This document shows, one piece after another, positions 52,200 to 64,000 of a stretch of 64,000 nucleotides of DNA; position 1 is the first letter of the stretch, and every line of letters starts with the position of its first letter. The stretch comes from Octopus vulgaris (taxonomy: Eukaryota). The stretch spans positions 42,966,001-43,030,000 of the forward strand of contig OX597826.1 in the NCBI GenBank assembly GCA_951406725.2, in the 5' to 3' direction. The position numbers and the translations under genes are program-made. The notes under the pieces were generated by a model. That model was not told where the DNA came from. It made no database searches and was given only the letters and a program-made list of their open reading frames with translations.

Positions 52200-53060
52200 T
52201 ACATTCTAGAATATGATACAATATAAGAGCCTTTACAGAGTTGTTTAGCTTGCTAGATATAGCAACCAAATCTACTTAAAATCACACTTTATTATTTTAG
52301 AAAAGCAAGAGACATGTTGGAAACTGCAGTCTGTGTTATAGAAAACGGCATTGGTCATGACTGGAATAATGTTCTAGAATATTCAGAGCTGCCTTCTACC
52401 CTATGATACGATGTGGGAGCCTCTACAGAGCTGGTTCTTAACCAGGGTTCATACAACCCTTGGGGCTCCATGTAAGATTTTATTGTTAAAATCTATCTGC
52501 AGTAACTTGCTTATACTGCAATAATACACAAAATATTTTAATTTTTTTAAAAATGTAACTCTTAATAATATTTAATCATAAAAATATAAGATTTTTTAAA
52601 CACTAAATGGCTGAGAGGGTCCACTCAAATAAAATAGGAATCAAAAGAGTCCTTAGATAAAAAATGGTCTATAGAGTTACTTAGCTTGCTAGAAATAGCA
52701 GCCAAATCTCTTTCAAATTGGTCTTTTCAATCTTAGAGAAAGGAAACATTGGAAAGCATTGCTGCTCCCAATATCGCTGATTTTAACCAAGGATTAATTT
52801 AAGGGCATGACTGTATATAGAATACCCAGCTACACTTTGTAATACGATGCAATGTAAGAATGTCTATGGAGTTGCTTAGCTTGCTAAAAATAGCAGCTGT
52901 ATCTTTCTTCAAATCACACTACTATTTTAGAAGAGGAAGAGACAAGTTGGAAATTACACTATGGTATAGAAAATAGTGTTGTTGGTCATGATTGGAATAA
53001 CCTTTTGATCAGACATCTGTCTGTTCTATCAGAAGTGACTGAGGGCAAAAACAACAACAG
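52200..53060. repeat. Three tandem copies of an old dispersed repeat (GCTTGCTAGAAATAGCAGCCAAATCT family)
   Basis: Motif near 52248, 52684 and 52879; also in reverse at 2150-2360 and near 60650. Confidence 0.7.
52431..52668. mobile_element. hAT-type MITE, same family as 8420-9076
   Basis: Colinear similarity; flanking CTACAGAG/CTATAGAG. Confidence 0.65.
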
Positions 53061-53420
53061 CAACAATTGTAATACAAAAATCAATGATTGACAAAAAAAG
53101 ATAGCAATCTTATTTATTTTATTTTCTGAGCTATTCAAAAATTAAATAGTATAGCCTGAGTTATTTCATTGTACGTGAACTCATTAACGAAATAATGCTA
53201 CACAGATTAGGGAGGCATTTAATTAGTAGAAAACAAACAACCAAAGTAGCAACCAAAGAAAACACAGTACCAAATAAGTGGTCTTTTATTATTATCATTA
53301 TTTTTTTCACCAATAACTTGAAGCAAATATGTATGTATGTGTATGTATGTATATAGATGTATGAACAGATACACACACATACACAATTCCCACAGATGTA
53401 TGTGTATATGTATATGAACA

Positions 53421-53475
<55 letters not shown>

Positions 53476-53850
53476 GTATATATATATATAGATTTCTTGT
53501 CTGTCTAATTTGCTTCAAACCAATGTGTAATCATCATAAATTTCATCTCAAGAGCATTGATTATTGCAACGGTTACGACAACCCGAGGAGCTAGACTGTT
53601 ATGGGTCGAATGAATGGAGTTAATAAGAAATTCATTTTGAATCTTTTCTTTTCAATTTAAAGTAACTGAACCAATAAGTGCTTTTTATCCACTTCGATGC
53701 TTTGCTTCAACAAAAGAAGAAAGCAATATAATTTAGTAATATTATGTAGACATTATAAAAGCGTTGATGACCTTTCACTAAGTTGTTTCTTCACTTTTTG
53801 ATGTCTTATAGCCATTCTATACCTTGATAAAAAATTCTTAATATGCAAAC

Positions 53851-54686
53851 GTATAGCTAAGTGGTCAGAAGGTTTTGCTTCTTAAACCCTTTTGTTAACA
53901 TTTTTTGGTGAAATACACTGCCTATGTTTCAAATAGTTTTGAAAATAAGGAAGAATTTAGTGAAATTATTTGGTCATTATTTAGTTGATGTATGGCTAAA
54001 TGGTCAGAAGATTTTGCTTCTTAAAACCTTTTTGTTAAAATATTTTTGGTGAAATACACTGCCTATGTTTTAAATAGTTTTGAAAATAAGGAAGAATTTA
54101 GTGAAATTATTTGGTCATTATTTAGTTGATGTATGGCTAAATGGTCAGAAGATTTTGCTTCTTAAAACCTTTTTGTTAACGTATTTTTGGTGAAATACAC
54201 TTGCCTATGTTTCAAATAGTTTTGAAAATAAGGAAGAATTTAGTGAAATTATTTGGTCATTATTAAGTTGATGTATGGCTAAATGGTCAGAAGATTTTGC
54301 TTCTTAAAACCTTTTTGTTAACATATTTTTGGTGAAATACACTGTGTTTCAAGTAGTTTTGAAAATAAAGAATTTAGCAAAATAATTTTGTCATTACTAA
54401 GCTGGTGTTTGGAACATAAATTAACAGGAAATTTTGATGGAATGTTTTAATTTCAACCACTTTAAAATTTTTGTTCCCATATTTCTGTTGAAATACACTG
54501 GCATTGTTTCAATCAATTTTGAAAATAAAGAATTTAGTAAAATAATTTGGTCATTATTTAAGCTGCTGTTTTGAACATAAATTTACACGAAATTTTTATG
54601 GAAGGTTCTAATTTAGTTAACATTCAAATAAATTTCTGCCATAGAACCAAGGCCAGTCTCAGACTGTTTGGTTCAAAAAAGTTTAA
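53851..54686. repeat. ~140-bp tandem array of a SINE-head/MITE junction
   Basis: Units start near 53851, 53990, 54131 and 54272; the MITE body follows and the SINE resumes near 54690. Confidence 0.85.
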
Positions 54687-55121
54687 CAAGGTGAAGGTAT
54701 TGACTGCAAGTCTACAGCATGGTAAATTTGGCAAGTATCTTCTCCTATAGTTCTGAGTTGACTAAAACCACAAGAGTGAAATTCTGGTCAACAATAACCA
54801 TAAGAGAAAACCTGGTTTATGGACTGTATGATGTGAAAACCTAACTTTGCTTTCTTTCACCCTCAGTTTCATGCTGATTCCGCCCGAGGATTCCTGTATG
54901 AGGAATACACAGCCACAAGCACTATCATTCAGTAACTAGGTAGAGAGGGTCAGTCGATCGAACAACTAGGTCATTCATTTACTGAAACCAATATGAGATC
55001 TATCAGACAATATTTTAGTTTATTTTTGTTTTGGTCTTCAAGGGAAGGTGGTTTTGTTTGTTTTTTTAGTTTTAGTAAAAGCGAATGGCAATGCCCACAG
55101 CCCTTTTACAGGGTTTCCAAG

Positions 55122-55306
55122 ACTGGAAAGATTGAAAGGAAAAGAAGCAGAAGGAGGACGATATGGATGTGAAGTTTGACAAACTGGTTAGAAGAAAGAG
55201 GTATTAAACAGCAGGAAGTAGAACTGTTACAAAGAACAAAGAATTGTGGAAGGACATGATCACCTCTATCCTACATTGAGGACATGGAACCAAAAGAAAG
55301 AAAGAA
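55122..55306 (+). pseudogene. RTE-clade LINE 3' end
   Basis: TGKIERKRSRRRTIWM*SLTNW...KELWKDMITSILH*GHGT followed by a (GAAA)n tail. Confidence 0.8.
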
Positions 55307-55565
55307 ATTCACTACTTGCTTGCTTAAAAGAAACTATGATTTTTCTGGAGATGGGAACCTGGTATCTCGCCTTGCCTTGATGCTTCATTTCTGATGGAGT
55401 GATAGCGACACCATCACGACAAAGCATTTTGAGCATCTTTACCTCTAGTAAAACCCATCACTCTCCAGGTCTGATCACTGCGAAGATTTTTTAAAATATG
55501 ATTTTGCCCAAACAAGGCTTGAGACCACTGTAGTATAAGGGGCTACAAAGAAGGAAAGATGGAAC

Positions 55566-55760
55566 CTACAAATTCCAAAAAATTAGCAGAAAGTTTAAAG
55601 GATTGAGTATCAGAATGCAGAAGAAAACCAGATGAGATGACAGTAATGAGTTCCAGACAGTGACAGTTTTAGGGAAAAAAGCTATTGGAATAGAAGAACT
55701 TATGACTAACAGGAAATCCAACAGAGAAACAATATGCCTAGGAAGAGAAGCGGGTAACAT
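55566..55760 (-). pseudogene. CR1/L2-group LINE C-terminal fragment
   Basis: AFFPKTVTVWNSL matches the SFFPRT...WNSLP motif. Confidence 0.65.
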
Positions 55761-55883
55761 ATTTAACTCTCTAGCATTTAAACTGGCTATATCTGGCCAA
55801 AATACTCTGTTTTATGTTCAAACAAAGCAAATCCATCCTTTCCCATCTAGCCTACAATATCATTCTAAGAATAAAACAATCAT

Positions 55884-56265
55884 AGGCACAGGAGTGGCTG
55901 TGTGGTAAGTAGCTTGCTTACCAATCACATGGTTCTGGGTTCAGTCCCACTGCGTGGCACCTTGGGAAAGTGTCTACTATAGCCTCGGGCCGACCGAAGT
56001 CTTGTGAGTGGATTTTGTAGATGGAAACTGAAAGAAGCCCATCGTATATATGTATGTATGTGTGTGTATATGTTTGTCCCCCAACATCTTGACAACCGAT
56101 GCTGGTGTGTTTGCGTCCCAATAACTTAGAGGTTCGACAAAAGAGACCGATAGAATAAGTACTAGGCTTACAAAGAATAAGTCCTGGGGTCGATTTCTTT
56201 GACTAAAGGCAGTGCTCCAGCATGGCCGCAGTCAAATGACTGAAACAAGTAAAAGAGTAAAGAGT
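55884..56265 (+). mobile_element. SINE family A nested in a P1 MITE (55762-56370)
   Basis: MITE sequence continues on both sides. Confidence 0.9.
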
Positions 56266-58173
56266 ATATCCTAGAAATCTTGAATCTATGGAATAATGCA
56301 TGAGTGATTCAGAATTATATAAATAAACAATCATTACATATGACAAAGAAATTTGAATGCTAAAAAGTTAGAGATTTTGAGAGAGGATACAAGACTAGAA
56401 AATTCATCAGGACATGTGACCACAGAAATACTTATAGGAAAAACATTGATGGAGATATATTCCCAGGATGAGCCAAAGACTCCAACGTAGTGGAAGAAAG
56501 AGGACCCACTATATTGAAAACTTGGTTCTGAATTCGACCAAGTTATGACACTCAGAAGAGAAAAAGAAGAATCGATTCCAGGAATTTTACATTCATAAAA
56601 CACCTAAAAGGATGAAAGACAATGTTGACTGACCTTAGTAGGGCTTGAACTCAGATCACAAAGAGCTGAATGGCACAAAACACTGCAAGTCAATCTTATC
56701 CAATTTTGTAACCACTAGGCCAAATTAGTGCCTTAGCTTAATCCTCATGTGGCATCAAATTAAAAGTCATTATACAAACATAACTTTTAATACTAATTAG
56801 CCAGAGTTAATTAGTGTCAGGTTTGAGTGTAGAAATATGAAGTGTAGATACACATTTAAGTAGCTTCGTTTATTTTCAGAGTTTTAACTCTGCTACCACC
56901 CCTTCTCCAACCCTCTAAAATCTGATTTTTTTTTTCTTTCTGTCTTTTATATTTACAATCTTTGCATAATTTCATTTTCCAGCTGCGTTACTTTTTACAT
57001 GGATTGATTTTGAGGGAAGAAAGGAATTTTATTTTTTTAATTTAAAAAAAAAAAATTTTTTTTATTCCCAACCTTCTTCATCATTCGTAGTACTTTCATC
57101 AAAAGAACAGAGGGAGAAAAAGAAAAAAAAAGGAGAGAAAATACAAAAAAACAAAACTGACAACCAAACAAACGTGGTTTATTGAAATCTAAAGAGGTGA
57201 AAAATAAAAACATAAAAAAATAATTATAACACATAAAACTAAATAATAGATTTAGTAGTCAATATAGGGAAAAAGTATTTCATTGCATTTAAATCTGTGG
57301 AAAATGGAAATGGTATTATAGTGTTTGAAACAGATGTTCAAAGCTACTGACAAAATTCTTAGATAAAAAAAATAAAAATTTTAAGAAATATAAAATTCTG
57401 AAATTATAAAATTTATGAAGAAATTATAGTAATATAAATAAAAGCATTCTTTCAAGTTTTAACTAGAGATTATTATTATTATTATTATTACCAATATTAC
57501 CAATATTATTATTATTATCATTATTATTATTACTAATATTGTTATTATTATTATTATTATTATCTTCTCCAGTTGAATTAAAGGAAACTTAGATGTTTTC
57601 TATGCTGCTTCACTTTGTAATACTAATCCTGCTGATTCATTGGAAAACTTCTGAAGAAGAAGAAGAAAGTTTTTTTGTTTTTTTTTTATGGAAAAATTCA
57701 ACGATCCAAAAATGAATTTATAAACTTTTCGAATGCTTCCAACTAGAAAAATAATTGAAATCTATTGCATGTGCCAATTACAATTAAGAACAGTGAAAGT
57801 TTTGACAAAACAATATTTGTTTGTTTGATCATTTGTTTTGCATCTAATTTTTTTTTTTCATGCTAGCATGAGTTAGACAAAACTATTGTTGAGGCATTGT
57901 TATACACCTCGATGCTTTTCCTGTTGTAAACCCTTGCCTGTTTTTCAAGTATGAGATCTCTTAATTCACATGTCTATGAAGGCACAAAGAAAGACAATTC
58001 CTTGATACACACACACAGACAAACACACAAGAGGTTTCTTCTAGTTTCTAGAAATTCTTTCACAAGGCTTTGAGTGGCGTGAGACAAGAGTAGGAGATAC
58101 TTCCCCAAGGTGCTGTATTGTAGGATTGAAAATACTATGAAAAAGATTTTTCATAGTATTTTTCCGATGGCTG

Positions 58174-58234
58174 GATAACTGAAGGGATGGTGGCGAGGAT
58201 TTCTACCTCGGCATCCGAAACTCGGAGTTTTATC
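58174..58234 (+). ncRNA. Type I hammerhead-like ribozyme (core lacking A9)
   Basis: Stem I GATAA/TTATC; CTGAAG; stem II GGATG/CATCC enclosing CGAGG/CCTCG; GAAA; stem III ACT/AGT; GTT triplet. Confidence 0.65.
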
Positions 58235-58382
58235 ATGGCTACCGAATAATTGTCACATATTACATTTACAGATATATATATATATATATATATATATTAG
58301 CGCTTTTGTCCATTCTAGTAGACTCTTACACCTACATATGTATGTATGTATATATATATATGTGTGTGTGAGTATATATATA

Positions 58383-58552
58383 TTTTTTTTCCCTCTGTCT
58401 TCCCCCTCTGGATCTTTCCTTCTCCTATGTTTCCGATGAAGAGCTCCGCTCGAAATGTTAAACCCTCCTTCTTTCCTGAGCGTCCAATAAAACTATATTT
58501 GTTCCACATCCTTGCGTTGTTGTGTTTTTTTGTGCTTTCTTGTTTGGATTAA
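58383..58552 (+). mobile_element. Short Penelope-like element, copy 2
   Basis: Near-identical to 26650-26827; flanked by (TA)n. Confidence 0.7.
58429..58463 (+). ncRNA. Minimal type I hammerhead-like ribozyme (variant core)
   Basis: GTTT-CCGATGA-A-GAGC-TCC-GCTC-GAAA-TGTT-AAAC. Confidence 0.6.
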
Positions 58553-58553
58553 C

Positions 58554-59090
<537 letters not shown>

Positions 59091-59250
59091 ACTATCATCA
59101 TTAAATGCCTGGCTTCCATGCCAGCATAAGTTGGACAGTTTGACAGAGTGCGACAAGTCAGAAGACTGTGTCACTGCACCAATATTTACACTGGCATGGC
59201 TAGATGTCCTTCCTAATACCATTCACAGACAATATTGGCTCAATTGGCTA

Positions 59251-59484
59251 TAGGCGGTGAGCTGGAAGAAACGTTAGCGCGCTGGTCGAAATGCTTAGCG
59301 GTATTTCGTCTGTCATTACGTTCTGAGTTTAAATTCCACCAAGGTCGACTTTACCTTTCATCCTTTCGGGGTCGATAAATAAAGTACCAGTTTCACACTG
59401 AGGTCAATGTAATCGACTTACTCCCTTTGTCTGTCCTTGTTTGTTCCCTCTATGTTTAGTCCCTTGTGGGCAGTAAAGAAATAA
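59251..59484 (+). mobile_element. SINE family B, full length
   Basis: Head AGGCGGTGAGCTGG, AAAGAAATAA tail, TSD-like ATTGGCTAT. Confidence 0.85.
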
Positions 59485-60103
59485 ATATTGGCTATTTTCG
59501 TGGTATCCACACTAGTGATAATCATCTCATAACTTAGAAGGCTAAATCCTTTAAGCGACCCCTATAACTGACGGAGAACAGAAGAGGATGAGTGATGATC
59601 CAAGACAGAAGGATGAGGGATGATAAGTAAGACTTAGGGTTTGGGTGAGTATGGCAGGGAAAAAGATAAACGGAAAGGAGTAGTGCCAGGGGTTATTGAG
59701 AAAAAAGAAGGGATAGAGCTGAAGAGCTGATAGGGCAGTTGTTTAAGGGTAGTGCCCAGAACTATCCAATATTATAAGTGTGTATCTTATAATTTTTTAA
59801 AGAGGTTCCTTTCTTTGTTCGTGTTACAGTTGCTTATAGTTATTGTCTGACAAGCTGTATAGGCAGTTTGATACTAACCTTCCCAAGTTTGTTCCCAAGT
59901 TTTATGGTATAAACTTTCTATTTTAAAGTGATTGGAAACCTTCCATCATAATTTAATGTCAATTTTGTGTTCTAGACACCATCTTAACACTGACAAAGAC
60001 ATTTTACTAAAGTCTTCATTATTTAAAAAAAATATTAAAACAAAGTGTTTTACAATAGAAATATGGTCTAAAAAAAAAGAAGCATTAACTGAATTTCACA
60101 CAT

Positions 60104-60283
60104 AGGCACAGGAACGGCTGTCTGGTAAGTAGCTTGCTTACCAACCACATGGTTCTGGGTTCAGTCCCACTGTGTGGCACCTTGGGCAAGTGTCTTCTAC
60201 TATAGCCTTGGGCTGACCAAAGCCTTGTGAGTGGATTTGGTAGATGGAAACTGAAAGAAGCCTGTCATATATATATGTGTGTG

Positions 60284-60343
<60 letters not shown>

Positions 60344-60558
60344 TTTAAATGTTTGTGTATCTGTGTTTGTTCCCCCCAACATCACTTGACAACCAATGCT
60401 GGTGTGTTTACATATCCGTAACTTAGCGGTTCGGCAAAAGAGACTGATAGAATAAGTACTAGGCTTACAAAGAATAAGTCCTGGGGTCAGTTTGCGCTCG
60501 ACTAAAGGCGGTGCTCCAGCATGGCCACAGTCAAATGACTGAAAAAAGAGTAAAGAGT
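60104..60558 (+). mobile_element. SINE family A, full length
   Basis: High identity; expanded internal (TA)n(TG)n. Confidence 0.9.
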
Positions 60559-60919
60559 ATATATATATACATTTTAGAAGAGAAATTGACAGATAGTTTG
60601 AGAAAGATGATAAGCAACTGTGAAAGGAGTCAATGAAAGAACCTCTACGTGATCTGCTAGAAACAGCAACAGAAATCCCTTTCTAAGTTCATTTCCACGT
60701 TTTTAAAAATGAATATATTTCTATCCTGGATGTAATTATGACAGTAAAGAAGCTGGGATGGTCGTGGTTGGAATGCCAGTCAGATGATGGATATTTAATA
60801 CACTAAAACAGTTTGAGAAACATGCAGTCCTCCTCTCTTGCTTCAAACAATAGTAGAAACAGCAATGATATTATTCCCTACACATTACCTCGTAATATTG
60901 CTTTAGTAGGTAATATCAT

Positions 60920-60951
<32 letters not shown>

Positions 60952-61521
60952 CACACGCACACACATTTGCATATATTAATTTGCTTCAATTTCCATTGTA
61001 AATGAGTTCTATTCTTTAGAGGAAAAGAAAAGACAGAATGGAAACATTTATCCCATGTGTTTTTTTTTTAATAAATTATCTTGTTTCTAGGTTTTTACAG
61101 CCCTGAGAATCAAGCAATTCATTGAATAACTTAAATGTTTTGCTTGCAGGAGATTGTTTACAGTAAACTGTGATACCAATCATTAGATTGGAGTGATAAC
61201 TAAATTGATAGAATTAAAAAACAAAACAAAAACCAACTTCCAACCATCCTCCTATTGTTACTTCTTTCCATAGTAATTCTACATTTCCAAGCAGGTTATT
61301 TAGTGCAAATCACAATAGGTTGATGGTATTGCATCTGAGGATTTCTATTGTTTTCTAATTTCTTTTCTGTGTCATTGTTTTAATAAAGGTTATCAATTTT
61401 GTTTCATCTCTGTGAAATTATCATTTGTTTTCTTCTCACACAAGACTGCTAATTGTAAGATATACATCTCAATCTCTGCTATTGCTGAACTGATATTAGT
61501 TCACCTGGTGTGATATCTTTA

Positions 61522-62060
61522 AACTTGCTTCAGTCATTGGACTGTGGCGAATTGGGGGCACCAGCTTGAAAGGTTCTTTTTAGTGGAACAAACTGATGTT
61601 TTTGAGGTGCTCTTTCCAACAATTTGCATCGGTTGTCAAGCGATGTTGGGGGGACAAACACAGACACACACATACATATACAGATATATACATATATACG
61701 ACAGGCTTCTTTCAGTTTCCATCTACCAAATACACTCACAAGGCTTTGGTCGGCCCGAGGCTATAGTAGAAAACACTTGCCCAAGGTGCCACACAGTGGG
61801 ATTGAACCCGGAACCATGTGGTTTGTAAGCATGTTACTTACCACACAGCCACTCTTATGTCTATACTTACCACACAGCCACTCCTACGCCTATATGACGG
61901 GCTTCTTTCAGTTTCTGTCTACCAAATTCATTCACAGGGCTTTGGTTGGCCCAAGGCTATAGTAGAAGACATTTGCTCAAGGTGCCATGCAATGGGGCTG
62001 AACCTGAAAGCATGTAGTTGCAAGGCAAACTTCTTAACCACACAACCATACCTATGCCTA
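61522..62060 (-). mobile_element. SINE family A plus a second family A head
   Basis: Two colinear matches to family A. Confidence 0.8.
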
Positions 62061-63013
62061 TGTACACACATAATTTATTGTGAATTTCTGATCAAATATA
62101 TTTTAACATAACTGATTTTATTATTTGAAAAAGCCAAAGGTTGATGGATTTGGAAAACTGTTAGAACATTGGACAAAAGCTTTGAGGAATTTAGTTATGT
62201 ATCTTTTTATTCTGAATTCAGATTCTGTTGAGGTTAACTTTGTCTTTTAATCTACAGGGGTCGATAAAGTATAACCAAGTACAAATGGTTGATTTAACCA
62301 ATGAACATCTTCCCCTTCAAAGTTGTTTGTCTTATTCCTCAGTTAGAAACCATTATTTTAAAAAGACAAAGGGTAGTGAATTGATATAGAATCGTTAGAA
62401 CATTGAACGAAATACTTTGTGGTATTATTCAGTTACGGCTCTTCACATTATGAGTTCAAATTTTGCCCAGGTCAATATTGCCTTTCATCCTACCAAAGGA
62501 TTGAATCTCTATGCCAACCAAGTGTTGAGGATTGATTTTAATTAACTAATTGTCTTAACCCTTCAAAGTGCTGTCCTTGTGTCAGAAATTATTATTTTAA
62601 AAAGTCATAAGAAAATATCTAATTTAAACAAGCAATGTTTTGATGTGGATTAATAAACTGAGATAAAATATCAAAGAGACAGGGGATGGAGATCACAAAA
62701 GGATGCTCAGTCAAACGGTGTAGTTTTATCAGACAAACTTTTAAAGAAGCCTCTTGTGTTTGTTTTTCCTCCTGGAAAGATATAATATACTTTGTACAGT
62801 TGGTGGTGGTTACTAATTAAATCAGACCCAATTTAAATCAACAGACAGAATTGATATTATCAAACAGTGTACTGTTTAAACAACATCTATTTATATACTG
62901 TTTAGGTATTGCCTTACATACAACAATGGACATATAAAAGTATTATTAGCATGTCTTTCTTTACTCTCTCTCTCTCCCTCCCTCCCTCCACACACACACA
63001 CACACACACATAT

Positions 63014-63211
63014 AGGTGTAGGAGTGGCTGTGTGGTAAGTAGCTTGCTTACAAACCACATGGTTCCAGGTTCAGTCCCACTGCGTGGCACCTTGGGCAAG
63101 TGTCTTCTACTATAGCCTTGGGCTGACCAAAGCCTTGTGAGTGGATTTGGAAGACGGAAACTGAAAGAAGCCCGTTGTATATATGTGTGTGTGTGTGTAT
63201 ATATATGTATA

Positions 63212-63254
<43 letters not shown>

Positions 63255-63407
63255 ATATGTGTGTGTGTGTGTATATATATATGTTTGTGTGTCTGTGTTT
63301 GTCCCCCCAACATCGCTTGACAACTGATGCTGGTGTATTTACGTCCCCGTAATGTAGCGGTTTGGCAAAGAGACCGGTAGTATAAGTACTAGGCTTACAA
63401 AGAATAA
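63014..63407 (+). mobile_element. SINE family A, 3' truncated
   Basis: High identity to family A. Confidence 0.9.
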
Positions 63408-63409
63408 AT

Positions 63410-63703
63410 CAGAAATCATTTTTAAAATGAGAATATCTGAAATAAACTTAACTGCTCTCACAAACGAGAATACTAAAAATGAACCCGAACGCTCTCAAAA
63501 ATTAAGTAAAAAAACAGGAAAAATAATTCAGAATTTTTGTCCAGTACCAGATCGATCCCAATATTTAATCAGTGTGTGCCAGTCACGTGGCCAAACATCC
63601 CTGAAAGTTTCATCCAGTGATTCTTGAGATATCTTGTCCATGGACAAAAAAACAAACACAACTGGAAACAATACCTCCACCTTCGCTAAGGCGGAGGTAA
63701 TAA
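63410..63703. mobile_element. Helentron-associated (HINE/DINE-like) element
   Basis: Subterminal hairpin TACCTCCACCTT-CGCT-AAGGCGGAGGTA (63672-63699), AAAGTTTCATCC motif and ACAAAC repeats. Confidence 0.65.
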
Positions 63704-63779
63704 ATAAGCATCACATTTGACAGAATAATCTAAATGCTAAATGGTTAAAGCAATAATGATGATGATGTTGATGACAACT

Positions 63780-64000
63780 TGCTGAGTCTAGAGGGTGAGG
63801 CAGTGTCCAATGACCATTGTAGGATTACCTCCAAGGATGGTAAGCATGATGTAATTGATGTGTTTAAACTATTGCAGGAAAGCCATGAGCACAGAGGAAA
63901 TTGCAGAAGGCCAGTGCTCTGGAGAGTGCAGCATGATTTTTGCAAGCCCCATGAGATTGGTGAGATTGATGTTCTATTTAAACTGTTGCAGGGAGAAGAT
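63780..64000 (-). pseudogene. Possible decayed Gypsy integrase fragment
   Basis: - strand SLNRT.../LAKIMLHSPEHWPSAISSVLMAF...LGGNPTMVI resembles ERFNRT...W...L..VL.AYR...FGR.P.LP. Confidence 0.5.

Noticed and set aside
57593-57715. 40-aa ORF with a signal-peptide-like start after an acceptor-like site
   Set aside because: No credible donor, low-complexity 3' half, and expected by chance in T-rich DNA
63749-64000. Stop-free + strand frame running off the window end
   Set aside because: No start or splice signal; better explained as the antisense of a decayed integrase-like sequence

Overview
AT-rich, repeat-saturated eukaryotic (animal) genomic DNA with no convincing protein-coding gene. The repeat families look like those of Octopus (coleoid cephalopod); this is pattern recognition, not a database result. 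The window is probably intronic or intergenic. It holds dozens of tRNA-headed SINE copies from at least three families, TTAA-flanked piggyBac-type MITEs, hAT and mariner MITEs, decayed Tc1/mariner transposase, RTE, CR1-like and Gypsy fragments, Helentron/DINE-like elements and many microsatellites. Nearly all supplied ORFs are translations of repeats. The most interesting signal is a set of short non-coding fragments with type I hammerhead-ribozyme folds (22412-22490, 26703-26737, 43520-43580, 58174-58234, 58429-58463, plus decayed copies). Several have variant catalytic cores, most abut (TA)n tracts that are often SINE-internal, and some sit next to fold-back inversions. This pattern fits Penelope-like or retrozyme-type elements. 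Internal SINE segments have also been tandemly amplified several times independently.
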